Source: Octopus sinensis (lineage: Eukaryota). From it: DNA of 64,000 nucleotides. Position 1 is the stretch's first letter; each line of letters opens with the position of its first letter. Shown here one piece after another: positions 39,077 to 52,350 of the stretch. The notes beneath the pieces were generated by a model. That model searched no databases. It was given only the letters and a program-made list of their open reading frames with translations, and was not told the DNA's origin. The stretch covers positions 5,270,001-5,334,000 of the forward strand of contig NC_043016.1 in assembly GCF_006345805.1 (NCBI RefSeq), read 5' to 3'. Made by a program: the position numbers and the translations under genes.

Positions 39077-39113
39077 CTAAAATTTTCGTTGCATCTTGCA
39101 ACCTTTTCAATAG
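39077..39113 (-). ncRNA. 37-nt U3-A8 variant minimal hammerhead
   Basis: CTA-TTGAAAA-G-GTTGC-aagat-GCAAC-GAAAATTT-TAG. Stem I 3 bp, stem II 5 bp perfect, palindrome AAAATTTT. Lies in a second copy of the PLE 3' region (about 38990-39430). Confidence 0.65.
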
Positions 39114-41342
39114 TCTTGACTCTGTCCGTTATTTACACTGCATTACCTTTTGTTTGTTTGTGCGCATGTGTGTGTGTGTGCCTATACATGCATGCGTGTA
39201 CGTATGTATGTGTGTGTTTGCATGTGTATGTATGTATGTATATATGTGTGTGCATGCGTATGTATATATGTATGTGTGTGCATCTGTATGTACGTATCCT
39301 GCATATTTATGTGCATGCAAGTCCGTGTTTGTGTATTTTCTATGTATGTGTGTGTTAGCATGTGTCTGTATATGTATGCACCTCTGTCTCCTTGTGTGTG
39401 CATGTCTGTGTGTGTGTGTGTTATGTAACTATGCAAACCAAATCCAAAAACGAAACTTGTGTATTATTTTTGTAAAATGCAAGGGAAGTAAATATTCTTT
39501 CTTTTCTCATTTAAGAAAGAACCTCCTGTGAAAACACTTCCTGTTTGCAGAGAATTTATTGTTTGCATTTCATTGTTTTCTTTCAATGTTTTCCTTCAGT
39601 TTTCATACATCATCACAGTTAATGCTTCAAGCAGCAAGTTAAATGATTTAATTATGGAGCAAGGGCTTAGCTAAGAAAAATGGAGTTATATTTTAACGTT
39701 ATTGGTACATATGTACTGATATCAGTGAGCTAAGTTGCATGGAGATTTATCACGTCTCATTAGAAATAAAGTGATTACATAGTTGAACTTAGAAGCAAAA
39801 CCCATTAGCTATTTTCTTCAACATTTTCCTGAAGAAATGTTTGTCAAAATGAATGACAAGTTTACAAGTTATGTGCATCAACTAGGCAGTACCACAGTCA
39901 TTACACTAATGGGGGAAATTAAGACATATCTCAAAATCCTTTTTCATATGCTGGTATTTTAGAAGCTTTGCAAGAAGCATAAGACACTGTAACAGTGACT
40001 ACAGAAATATAAATTCATGCCCAAATATTGACATCTTGTCAATACATGGGAAAACTCATATGTGTAGTCAATTTGGTTGTGTTCAATCAGGCAGGTGAAA
40101 GTGATATGACAATAGATAAAAATCAACAACCTCATTCAGAATATACAACAACAACCATTATATTGTATTAGTAAGTTTTATACAAATTTATGCACTAGCT
40201 ATATTTTAATGATTTTTTAAAATACTGGACTAACTACATTTCTTCAAAATCTTTGACTTCCAACAGGATTGGGAGAATTATGCAGTACCTTATAGCACTT
40301 TAACAGTTGAATTTCTGAAAATGAACCATACCAGCAAAAGGAAATATTTTTTTTCATTTATGATTCAGTATGCATTCATTTATGGAACACAATGGTTATT
40401 TCTCCAGATAACCAAGCTGTTTTGTAGCTACTTGCAAACTCAGGGATTATCCATTTTATATGGAAATTTTAATTTCTGAATTACAAATTCTAAATTTCTG
40501 GATTTCAAATTCAAATTTCAAAGTTGTGTACAATATTCTAGCTGGAGTATTCAAGGTAAATTCTCTTTCGTAACATTTCAGTTTGAAAGGGTTAAACCTA
40601 CATAATAGTTGATGGCTCAATCATTGATACTAGACATGCTTAGGTGATAAACCAGAAACTAAGAAGGATATGCTACTGTATAAATGCACTTTTTTTTGCT
40701 GTATTGTTAGAAACTACTGCAGTTACAGGTCTTTTATTTATTTATTTTTTGTTAGGCTAAAAAGAAATAGAATTACAGTTGACTGTCTTTCTCATTGCAT
40801 AATTTTGGAAAATATATCAACTTCAAAAATCTTTTGACTTTACAAATTTTCATATAATATAGTGCCTTGCATTTTCTAATCTTGAATCTACTGAAATTGT
40901 TGAAAGTTTTTATCTAATCATGTCCTCAAAACATTTTCTTAAGGCGTTATAAACTAATCTATATGTATGTTTATGTAAATGTGTAAAGTTGCTAAAACAA
41001 AAGCCTACTCACCAACTTAGTATAGCAAGTTAGCTATATCCTCAAAACATCAACACCAAATAGATGAAGTTGAGTGAAATCAAGACAAGAGTTCTTTTTA
41101 GTATGGGAAATAAGCCCACTGAGCGGTGAAAAATAATTGACATATATATATATATTTAGAAGAGAATTTGTCTTGGAGTTTAAAAATGCACCTGAATCTG
41201 AAAACATGTAGTCGTTTTCAAATTTTGCATAATTTGAAACCCCAAAACAAATTCTCCTATATTTTTTGCTGCATAGGAATACACTTCTTTCCATCCCCCA
41301 CCACACCCCCACCCAAAACCACACACACACACACACACACAC

Positions 41343-41381
<39 letters not shown>

Positions 41382-41861
41382 ACACTCACACACACATACA
41401 CACAAACACACATACATAACCAGCAGTGAAAGATAGTGAGATGGACAAATAGATAAAGAGTGCAAGAAATAATATATATAAAAACAACAAGAGAATTTGA
41501 ATTGACCATTTTAGAAATTAATTATCAGATAAATCTTTCATGCTGATATCAAATTTTAGAGACATCTTTACCTGACAGTATTAGAACTTTTGTATAAACA
41601 TCTAATGCTGTTTGGTAAGATGGAACCAAAATTTATAATTGCGGCAATTAACTTTAACTTCAAATATCTCCTCTGATCTCAGCTTATGACACTTAATTAT
41701 GTGTTCAAATACAAAAAGATATATATATACTTACGATATATGTGCATATTTCATATATATTAAATTTATATTTGTATATGTATCTATGTATATGTACATA
41801 TATAATATATATAATACATATACGTGTATGTGTGTGTTGAAGAATGATACACTGAGCAGCT

Positions 41862-42092
41862 GGCGGCGAGCTGGCAGAAACATTAGCACGCCGGGCGAAA
41901 TGCTTTACGGTATTTCGTCCGCTGCTGCGTTCTGAGTTCAAATTCCGCTGAGGTTGACTTTGCCTTTCATCCTTTCGAGGTCGATAAATTAAGTACCAGT
42001 TATGCACTGGGGTCGATATAATCGACTTAATCCGTTTGTCTGTCCTTGTTTGTCCCCTCTGTGTTTAGCCCCTTGTGGGTAATAAAGAAATA
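41862..42092 (+). mobile_element. tRNA-derived SINE with 16-bp TSD
   Basis: GATACACTGAGCAGCT at 41846-41861 and 42093-42108; A-box-like GAGCTGGCAGA and B box GAGTTCAAATTCC. Confidence 0.88.
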
Positions 42093-42929
42093 GATACACT
42101 GAGCAGCTTTTTTTATGTGTACTACCAGATTACATATATTGTAACTTAAATTCATATCATTCAACTATCGTAGTAGTTGAATAATATTTTTAAGGCCGCA
42201 ATTTACTCACACGCAGTATCTTCAGGGCTTTGTAGCTGATTCAGTTCTTAACCAAATTGAAAACTTAACATTTTGAAAAGGACTGGTCTCTAGCTACATT
42301 TTGGCAATAAAAAAAATTAAGATTTAGTCTAGTAGAAAAAAGTTTACATCAAAATTTGTAGCAACGTTATAGGAGAGTAAGTAACGCCTCCAATCAAATT
42401 TAGATCTAAATAACTATTTTATTTTAAAAGCAAAATATATTTATCTTAGCTTTAATGATAGAAGAATGTATGAAGAATTTCATACTTTTGATCCCATGCA
42501 ACAAAAAATTGTCTCAAAAATGTTGAGGTAAAATATGAAAAAATATAAGGCAAATATATGGATTTAACTTATTTATTTTAAAAACAAACAATATTTCAAG
42601 TAAGCATAAATGATAGAGCTCAATTCGAGGAATTTCATGGTATTAATCTCATGCAATGAAGTTTTAAAAGAAAAAGTTATGAGTGTTTGTTTCTCAAATT
42701 TGAGGATGATGATATAGTTCTATACTTTTTTATGACTATAGTTCTATAAGGGACTTTTGATATATATCACCGGCATCATTAAGGCAAGGAAAAAATTATC
42801 AACGACACTGCTAATTTGCTATTAGTTTACTTACATCATTTGTATTAATTAATGCAATTATATCATAAAATGAAAAACTAAAGATATTATTTAGAAATTT
42901 TGGCAATAGCCCTGCCATTTTGGCGATCT

Positions 42930-43731
42930 TTCGGTTTAACTCGAAGGCACCAACATCCATTTGGTGACACACTTTAAACACTAGCTTACTTCCGCAGTTT
43001 ACATCAGTAAAGGAAGGAAGCGTAGTGTGTGATCGTTGTATTGACCATTAGTGAGAAAGTTAAGCAGAGCATCAGCATCAAATTTTACCAAAAACTTGAC
43101 GATACCTGCTCAGAGGCCTACGTAAAGTTTTCAGAAAGTTTTCATCGTTCTCAACACAATCAAAGAGATCTTGGTGCAACTGAAACCCAAGTGTCTTCTT
43201 GATCAGCTGAAAGCACTTTTGGCACAAACTTGGCAGACACAAGTCTCATACTAAAATCTTCAGTGATAATGGACTGAACTGAACCCTAACTAATCTGCAC
43301 ATCCTCTGATAACTCACGGATGGTGATTCACCGATTTCCCCTCCCAGCTGCATGCATATCTGCGATGTTTTTCTCAGTTCTGCTGGTTGCAGGTCTCCCA
43401 GAACATTTTTCGGCCATCTTGGAAACGTCTGAACCACTCGTACATTTGTGTGCGTCTCATGCGTTCCTCTCCATAAACTTTCTTCTTTGCGTAGGCCTCT
43501 GAACAGGTACGGCCATGATATCTTTTCCTGTCATGGTCAATGCGACGATCACATGCTACACACCTTCCTTCCAAGCACTGCTGTAAACAGTGGAAGTGAG
43601 CTAGAACGTTAAGACTTAGTGCGCATGCACAGCAGAGGTTAAGGTCAATCTGCCAAGCGTCTTCACTCTACGTGTTTTAGCACCTCGTTGCCATGGCAAT
43701 AGTCCGTATATTCATTGATCAAACTTCGTCA
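42930..43731. mobile_element. Two mariner 5' fragments in opposite orientation
   Basis: Plus strand at about 43050-43140 has a QSISIKFYQKL...SEAYVK HTH start. Minus strand at 43240-43731 reads RTQMYEWFRRFQDGR, with a TIR-like end near 43700-43731. Confidence 0.7.
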
Positions 43732-43989
43732 TATGTCAAAAAACATGTAAGACAGTATCTGGACTTAAAAGACATATACTAATTCCCAAAAACATTCCTT
43801 CTGAATCAGATTCTAAAGAATAAAGATATAGAAGAAACTTGAATAATATGTCACTTGTGTTTTAAATCCTGTCAGTCAGCAGCTGGTCTTAAAGTCATCT
43901 AAGCGTTCATCAACAGATTGTGCTGTGTGATGGGGTGTGGTGTGGGTGTTGGTGAGACGGCTAACATCTCCCAAGATGAATCAATCATC

Positions 43990-44025
<36 letters not shown>

Positions 44026-44039
44026 ATGTGTGTGTGTGA

Positions 44040-44109
<70 letters not shown>

Positions 44110-44111
<2 letters not shown>

Positions 44112-45360
44112 TGACTTTGCAAAAGCCTTTGATAAAGTCGACCATGGTATGATCTGTCACAAACTGCGTGGTCTCGGCATAGGCGGGAAACTTGGAGAGT
44201 GGCTGCACAACTTCCTAAAAGACAGAAAACAGGCAGTTGTGAGCAATGGAGCCACCTCCGGGAAACGCAAATAACAAGCGGTGTCCCACAGGGCACTGTC
44301 TTGGGGCCACTGATGTTCATAGTGGCCCTTTCAGACATGCCTTCAGTTGCTACGATGACCACCCTTGCTAGCTATGCAGATGACACAAAAGTCTCCCACG
44401 CAATACAAAACCCTGAAAATATTGCGCATCTGCAACATGAGCTGGACACAATATACAGGTGGGCTGAGGACAACAACATGCAGTTTAATGCAGGTAAGTT
44501 CCAGGCCCTGCGCTACTGGCACACAAAGGTAAATGACGTGAAGACTGGATACACTGGCCCAGGAAGAATTGCAATCCCTGAGTCAAAATCAGTGCGTGAC
44601 CTGGGCATTGACATGAGCAATGATGCATCTTTCCAAATGCATATTGCTAATCTGGTGATAAAATGCAGACGGCTAGCTGGATGGATTCTCCGAACTTTCA
44701 GAACAAGAGAGAAGGAGACACTGATGGTCCTATGGAAAACATTTGTCCTCAGCCGCTGGACTACTGCTCCCAACTTTGGTCACCACACAATATAAACAAA
44801 CAGCAGAACTCGAAGCAACTCAGAGAAGCTACACAAAGAAAATCGTCTCAATGCAAAATGTCAGCTACTGGGAAAGACTGAAGGTATTAAACCTCTTCTC
44901 CCTGGAGCGGAGGCGGGAGAGATATGCAGTGATATACATCTGGAAAATCCTGGAGGGTCTTGTCCCAAACTTTGGCATTCAAAGTTACTCCAACCGCAGA
45001 ACGGGGCGCCGCTGCGTGGTGCCAAGGATTCCAACATCACCATCAAAATACAGGTCCAGATACTGCAACAGCTTGGGTTTCAGAGGACCACAGCTCTTTA
45101 ACATCCTCCCTAAATGCCTGAGAGACTTACATGGTGTGGATGTGGGTTTCTTTAAAACTAAACTGGATCTCTTCTTGTTGGGAGTCCCAGATGAACCTAC
45201 CTCACGACAGGAGACACGGATGCGGGCAGCAGCATCGAACTCCCTTGTTGATCAAGTGCCACGTATCAGAGGTGGATTCACAAACTAGTGTAGCTCATTC
45301 AGCGGTGGTGCCCCAGCATGGCCGCGGCCTTCGGGCTAAAACATTTTTAAGGATTTAAGG
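44110..45360 (+). mobile_element. 5'-truncated CR1-clade LINE
   Basis: LDFAKAFDKVDH, SGVPQGTVLGP, YADDTK, LERRRERY, RGPQLFNILP and KTKLDLFL..PDEP. The 3' end GGTGCCCCAGCATGGCCGC is shared with the local SINE tails. Confidence 0.92.
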
Positions 45361-45439
<79 letters not shown>

Positions 45440-45448
45440 ATATATATA

Positions 45449-47885
45449 CAGTGGTACATTGACTTACACGTGTCCCAACTAATGAGTTTTCGAGATACAA
45501 GCTGTCTCTCGGCAGATTTTTTGCTTTGAGTTCGAGCTAAAATTCGGGTTACGAACCAGCTTCAGATACCCCATCGCTAGTTGACGTAGCAAACGTCACA
45601 GTGAACGTTGTAACATCCGCTCAGCATCCGGTGTCTCACTCGATAGCTAGGCAGACATGCACATTAGCAAGTGCGACGATCGTTAGTAGATCGTTAGCTA
45701 GACGGTAGGTAAAATACTTACATAGTCGTTGCACGAGTGTTGTGCTCGCAATTGTGCTTGCAGTTATTTTGCAAAACTTCGTTTTTTCCTACTATGGATC
45801 CAAAAGAAGTGAATGTGAAGGACAGTGCTAAGAAGAAAAGCGGATGATGTGCCTTAAATTAAAGAAAGAAATTATTGAAAAACATGACCAAGGTGTACGT
45901 GTAGTCGACTTGACGAAGCAGTACGGGCTTAGCAATTCTACGATCCGCACTATACTAAATCAGGAATCGATAAAGGCTATAACACCAGCCAAGGGCGTTA
46001 AAATAATATCTAAACAGCAGACATCTATTCATGAAAATATGGAGAAGTTGCTGATGGTGTGGTTGACGAAGAAACAACTCGCAGGAGATACTGTGGCGGA
46101 GGCAGTAATCTTCGAGATGGCATGAGCTATTTACGCTGATTTGCTGCAGCAGACCCCAGGCACTTGTACGGAACGGCATTGGATGAGCCAGTCGGGGCTG
46201 ATTCGAGAATTTTAAAAAGACGATCGGCATTCACTCCATTGTTAGGTATGGTGAGGCAGCAAGCGCGGATGTGAAGGCAGCTGAGGATAACCACAAAACT
46301 TTTGCCGAAATTATAGCAGTCGAAGGATACATCCCCCAGCAAGTCTTCACCTGTAATGAGACAGAAATTTTTTTTGGAAGAAAATGCCAAGGAGGACTTA
46401 TATAACGGTAGAGAAGAGGATGCCAGACCAAAAACCCATGAAGGCTAACCCTCGCTCTGTGTGCCAATGCAAGCGGCGACTGCAAGGTTAAGCCACTACT
46501 CGTTTATCATTTGGAAGACTCCAGAGCTTTTAAGTCACAAGATTCTGAAAGAAAAGCTGCAGGTTATGAGGAGGGCAAACCCAACGGCGTGGGTCACCAG
46601 GTAGTTCTTTGTGGAGTGGGTGAATTTGGTATTTGGTCCTGACGTTAAAAAATATCTCCAGGAAAATAACCTATCCCTACAAGCCCTTCTCTTCCGGAAC
46701 AATGGAATTGCTCACCTCGAAGATGGCATCCTCAAAGAGTTCAAGTTTATAAAAGCTTTCTTCCTTCCACCCAACACCACCCCTATCCTGCAGCCCATGG
46801 ATCAGCCGGTGATTTCTAATTTCAAGAAGCTCTTCACCAAGCACCTGTTCCGTCGCTGTTTTGAGGTGACGGAGAGCACAAACCTCACCCTTCGAGAATT
46901 CTGGAAGGGCTATCGTGATATGCATCAGAATTATTGATATGTCCTGGCAGGGTGTTACAAAGTGGACCTTGACCTCTGCATGGAAGAAACTGTGGCCTGA
47001 GATTGTGTCTGAAACGGACTTTGAAAGACTCGAACCCGAAGCGGCAGTTGTGGCGGAGATTGTATCCCTTGGCAAGTCCATGGGCCTGACATCAACGAGC
47101 TCATCGAGGAGCACTCCGAAGAACTGACAACAGAAGAGCTTGTAGTGATATAACGCGCGCTCGCGCACCGCCCATTTGTATTTCGCGCGTGTTGGTGCCT
47201 TTACCAAGGCACAGAAAGAAAGGCCCTCTCGCGCATGCGCGAACCACCGGTAGCACGACCCTATTGCCTACGTAGCAGTTAGCGAGGCAAGGGGGTCGTA
47301 AGACGTTGACTACCAGCGTCCAGTCCTCGGTGACTTGGGACCCAGCGATTGAAGGCGGCGGTCACGCATATATTCTCTCCGTCAGGATTAGATTCTAGCA
47401 GTCCTTTGGCCGAAGACTTTTAACCAAAATTGTTGCAGACCAACATCGTCTCCATTGTTCGACGCCATCTTGACCCCTTTCTGTTTTGGGCTGAAAGTGG
47501 GCTGAAGATTGTAAATATTACAATCTATTAACTTTCAGCCTTGCGCGCCCAGAATCAAGGACATCAGATAACACACGTATTGTTATTGTTTACCAAGAAA
47601 GAGAATAAAGTAGTTATATGTATATTTTACGTCTGCGTCTTGTTGTTTCTGACTAGTAGAATTCTGGATTATTATTAACGAACGAGCTAGTGATTGCTTT
47701 GTGCACCCCAAAAGTGCACGAAGATATTCACACATCACTAAGCTCGTTACAAGCTAAAGGAACTTTAGACGCAGAAGCACACGGAGGTTTTGCAGGAAAT
47801 AGGTGACACGGAAGAGGCGGAAAAGGTTATCTCTACAAGTGGGATAAAGGAAATGTTGGGAATGTGGGAGAAACTTTCAGACTTT
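45449..47885 (+). mobile_element. Tigger/pogo-like transposon, 3'-truncated, interrupted by a solo LTR
   Basis: TA then CAGTGGTAC start; CENP-B-type HTH (KKEIIEKHDQGVRVVDL; EKLLMVWL); DDE_1 motifs PPNTTPILQPMDQPVISNFK; reading frame EELTTEE|LKEL is split at 47140/47752. Confidence 0.9.
47141..47751 (+). mobile_element. Solo LTR (Gypsy-like), 611 bp
   Basis: TGT...ACA termini (TGTAGTGA / TCGTTACA), 4-bp TSD AGCT at 47137-47140 and 47752-47755, internal AATAAA, CpG-rich. Confidence 0.85.
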
Positions 47886-50162
47886 TACAATTTCTGGCTT
47901 GGAATTTCTCTGATCCTCTTTGATGGAAAGAGGATCGGCGAAATTGTAAACCAAATCCCTTTTTTTTACTATCTTCATTTCTCCCTTACTTTTTCATTCT
48001 TAACTCAGTATGATATTCATTTCTTCTCGATCACTACTAACACTAATGAGCTTTGTACATCCAAACAAACTGAAACACAGTTTTAATATTATTGACTGTT
48101 ATGGAACATTTAGACTTGTCAACATCGAAATTTGTAAACATGTTTTTCTAATTCATGATTCTAAATTTGTCTCTTATGAACATTTAAACTTGTCAACATT
48201 GAAACTTTTAAAGAATTTTTTCTAATTCATAATTCTAAATTTTTACCATTGATAAACAAAAAATATTGTTGAAACTAGTTTACTATATATGTAAATAAAT
48301 TTATTTTTAACAGTTACAAGTTTTTCAAATTGTAGATTGGATTTTGGTAGTGATAGTAATAATTAATAATTTATATTAATAATGTTAATAATTGTGTTGA
48401 TAATTATAATATTAATGATAATAATATTTATAATCCTTTTAGCCTTTTTCATTTATAGTTTTATTCTATTTTTCCACGCAACGTCTCCACGAGTTTTCTT
48501 TCTTATAGACGCTAAGAACTATTATTTACGTTTATAATCTAGCGATATTTTCTCAACTAACTTTAGCAACGTTCTTTTCTCCTTTTCGTTTGGATTTTGT
48601 ATTATTTTGAGATTAATGTTTAGCTGTGGTTAATTTTTTATTGATATATGCCCCCAGCATGGCCACAGATCGTGAGCTGAAACTAGATTAAAAAAAAAAA
48701 TTTTTTTTTAATATTAATAGGTGTCTGTTAGTTTTAGTTGGATGTCTTCATATTACTTTCTCCATAAGCTGTGTTTTTTTTCTCACATTTCTTTAGTTCA
48801 TGAGGCTTTAATGTTTTTTCGTATTTTTCATTGATAAAAAATTTTTGCCACTTTCATTGAGTATTTATTCTATTTCTTTGCACTAAGTCTCCACGCGATA
48901 AATTTTATAAACGCTTTAACTATTTACTTTAAAAATCAGTTACTATTTCACTTCGCAAAGCTAAGTTTGACATTTTATCGTTTCTCTATTTCATTTGAAT
49001 TTTGAATCGTTGTGTGTTTGAAATATTATTATTACTGTTGCTATTATTATTATTGTTGTTGTAACATTATTATTTATTTATAGTTTCTTGATAGTATTTT
49101 TTACGTTCGATTTTGGATATGTTATCTTTTAAAGGATTTTATAAAGGATTATAAAGGATTTTAACGTTTTACATATTATTTAATTTGAGAATTAATATTG
49201 TTAGACTATATTTATTTTAATAATTAGATAATATTTTCATTAAATAGTATTATTTTTAAATAAACTAGTTTTTATTTTAATATATAATTTATGTTTAACT
49301 TTTTTATCGTGTGAGATATTAAATCTATAGATATTATACATGGATATTAATATAACTAATTTATATAATGCATTTGAGTATATTTGTACTATTTCAAATT
49401 TTTTATTGTATTATTCATAAATGGAATCGTATTGAGTATATTAATTAGACGCTAAAACATATTAATACATTTAAAATCCAGATAGATTAATTTAATCGTT
49501 GAACTTAGTAATTTAGTTTGTTTATCAATATTGGTTAGATCTTGTTATTATTTTGAGTTTGATCGTTGTTATTATTGTTATTCACTGGTTTTGTATAGGA
49601 CTGGTGATTGTGATTGTACATCTTCTTAGTGTATTGTTCTTTGGTTCTAATATTTTTGCATCTTTCTTTAATTTTGGGGTTGATAGGTTTTCTTACTTCC
49701 CATTAACATATTCTCGCTATTATATCTTTTTATATATATTGATAGATATGTTACGATAGATATTAATTCTTATATCTCTTTTTTTTTTTAATATATATAT
49801 ATATATATAAAGGGATCTAACCTATTACATTTGATTTAATTTAAGAATTAATTTCGTCAGACAATATATTATTTAATTATTAGGTGGCTTATTTATTTGT
49901 AATATTTAATTTTAAGTTAATTAGGTATTATATTATTTGATATTTAGTCAGCTTTGTTATAGATTGTTATATTAAATCTATAGATACTACACTTGTATAT
50001 TTATTATATGGTTAGCTTATTTAAGGAGTTTGTCTATATTTGAACCATTTCTTATTTTGATTAAAATTTAATGACTTGTACTAGCTTTGTATATTTTATT
50101 TAATTTTAAAGTATTTAATAATTTAAGTATTGTTTTAGTTTTCATTTATGGATATTCAGTAT

Positions 50163-50210
<48 letters not shown>

Positions 50211-50252
50211 GTATATTTATTAATTAATTATTTTATTGTTCTAGTTTATTTT

Positions 50253-50341
50253 TAACCTGATGAGTGACTATATTTATATCGAAGTGATTTCTCTACTACT
50301 ATAATCATTTCTTAAATATAGCCACGAAACACGTGTCGTTA
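50253..50341 (+). ncRNA. Canonical minimal type-I hammerhead ribozyme motif
   Basis: Stem I TAAC/GTTA, CTGATGA 50257-50263, long stem II (GTG-a-CTATATTTA / TAAATATAG-c-CAC plus GAAGTGATT/AATCATTTC), GAAA 50326-50329, palindrome ACACGTGT and GTC cleavage triplet 50335-50337. Confidence 0.8.
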
Positions 50342-50614
50342 TTCTACAAATTATATACGTTTTTATTATTATTTTTTTGCAATTTACTTAATCATTGACA
50401 TTTTATTGTTATTTTAATTTTAATATTTCTATTATATGTAATTTTCTAGATGGTGTAATTTAATTGTTCATTTTGAATTGATAAAAGTTTGTTTTTTTCT
50501 AATTTTATATATAATATATATATATATATATATTATATTGTGTGAAATTTGATTTAGGATTTCTAAATTGAATTTTTTTTCTTGTAAGTTGGATTTTATT
50601 CCCTCAATAATAAT

Positions 50615-50702
<88 letters not shown>

Positions 50703-51744
50703 TTATATATATATTATATATATATATACCTAATGCATAGCAAGATACCTATTTCTGCCAGTCTATTTTTCTATCACACTCTAACCTTTCATCTGATACC
50801 GAATCACTTCCTCCAGTGCCCCTCCGTTATAGCAAGACACCTGTTCCTGCCTTTCTGTCACACTCTAACCTTTCATCCTCTGGTACAAGTTCCCCTCTTC
50901 AAATGCCCCTGCTGCTCTCAAAATTCCTTGTCTTGCGAATTGGAGACCTTGCCAAAGCTGGTGCCACGTAAAAAGCATCCAATCCACACTATAAAGTGGC
51001 TGACATTGGGAAGGGCATCCAGCTGTAAAAATCATGCCATAACTAAACTCGCCTATGCTAGTTCCACGTAAAAAGCACAGAGACCAATCTGCAGAGTGTT
51101 TGGTGTTAAGAAGGGCATCCAACCGTAAAAGCCCCGCCAAAACAGACACTGTAGCTTAGGGTAGTTTCCCACCTAGCCAGTTATTCAACTGTCCTACCCA
51201 TGCAAGCATTGAAGACGGACGTTAAACGATGATGATGAGGAGGAGGAGAAGGAGGATACATATGGGAAGTAGCTAAGCTGCAATTAAGCATAGCAGAATT
51301 TTTATCTGTAATTTTTATTCTTTTTGTTATCGAGTGAAGTTATCAATAATTGTATATATTATTATGTTCCTATAAAAGGGTTTAATATTAAATAAATAAT
51401 TAATTATGGTGACACTAAGTATCTAAGTTTCTATTAAGCATTAAGTAGAATTATTATCTGTAATTTCTATTCTTTAGTTATTTATTAAGCTTAACGTAGA
51501 ATTCTTGTTTGTAGTTTTTATTGTTTAGTTAACCAGTGACGTCATCAATAATTGTATACAAAAATACTCATTTTTAGGTCATTTTTCTTAGATTATTTTT
51601 CTATGTAGATTCCAAATTGTCAAGCAATAGAATTAGTATGGTACTTTTTTTATCTTTTATATTTTATAATGTAAATTAGTTACTCAATGACGTCGCTATT
51701 CGTTGAATGAATGTCTCAAGTTTAATTTGATTTAGGTGATCCTC

Positions 51745-51997
51745 TTTGCTAGCGTTTACTCTTTTACTTGTTTCAGCCATTTGACTGGGTCATGCTGGAG
51801 CACCGCCTTTAGTCGAGCAAATCAACCCCAGGACTTATTCTTTGTAAGCCTAGTACTTAATCTATCGGTCTCTTATGCCGAACCGCTAAGTTACGGGGAC
51901 GTAAACACACCAGCATCGGTTGTCAAGATATATTGGTGGGAGAAACAAACACAGAAACATAAACACACACATACATACATAATACATATATATATAA

Positions 51998-52067
<70 letters not shown>

Positions 52068-52250
52068 ATATATATATATGGCGGGCTTATTTCAGTTTCC
52101 GTCTACCAAATCCACTCACATGGCTTTGGTAGAAGAGCGTATAGTAGAAGACATTTGCCACTTGCCTAAGATGCCACGCAGTGGGACTGAACCTGGAATC
52201 ATGTGGTTGGTAAGCAAGATACTTACCACACAGCCACTCCCACGCCTATT
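51745..52250 (-). mobile_element. tRNA-derived SINE (octopus-type)
   Basis: Same head and tail as 36915-37310, with an expanded central (TA)n. Confidence 0.82.
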
Positions 52251-52312
52251 AACAGCTAAATTTTTTTCAGTTCGAAGATATTATCATTAATTTTGATAAT
52301 ACTGTTTATATG

Positions 52313-52346
<34 letters not shown>

Positions 52347-52350
<4 letters not shown>

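Noticed and set aside
48247-48283. TTGATAA...TTGTT-GAAACTAGTT possible HHR
   Set aside because: It has a palindromic AACTAGTT, but stem II is out of register and stem I does not pair; at best a decayed relic.
48440-49600. Possible decayed PLE N-terminal coding region on the minus strand
   Set aside because: Only short K/R-rich stretches with many stops and no diagnostic motif; the orientation is also opposite to the nearby HHR.
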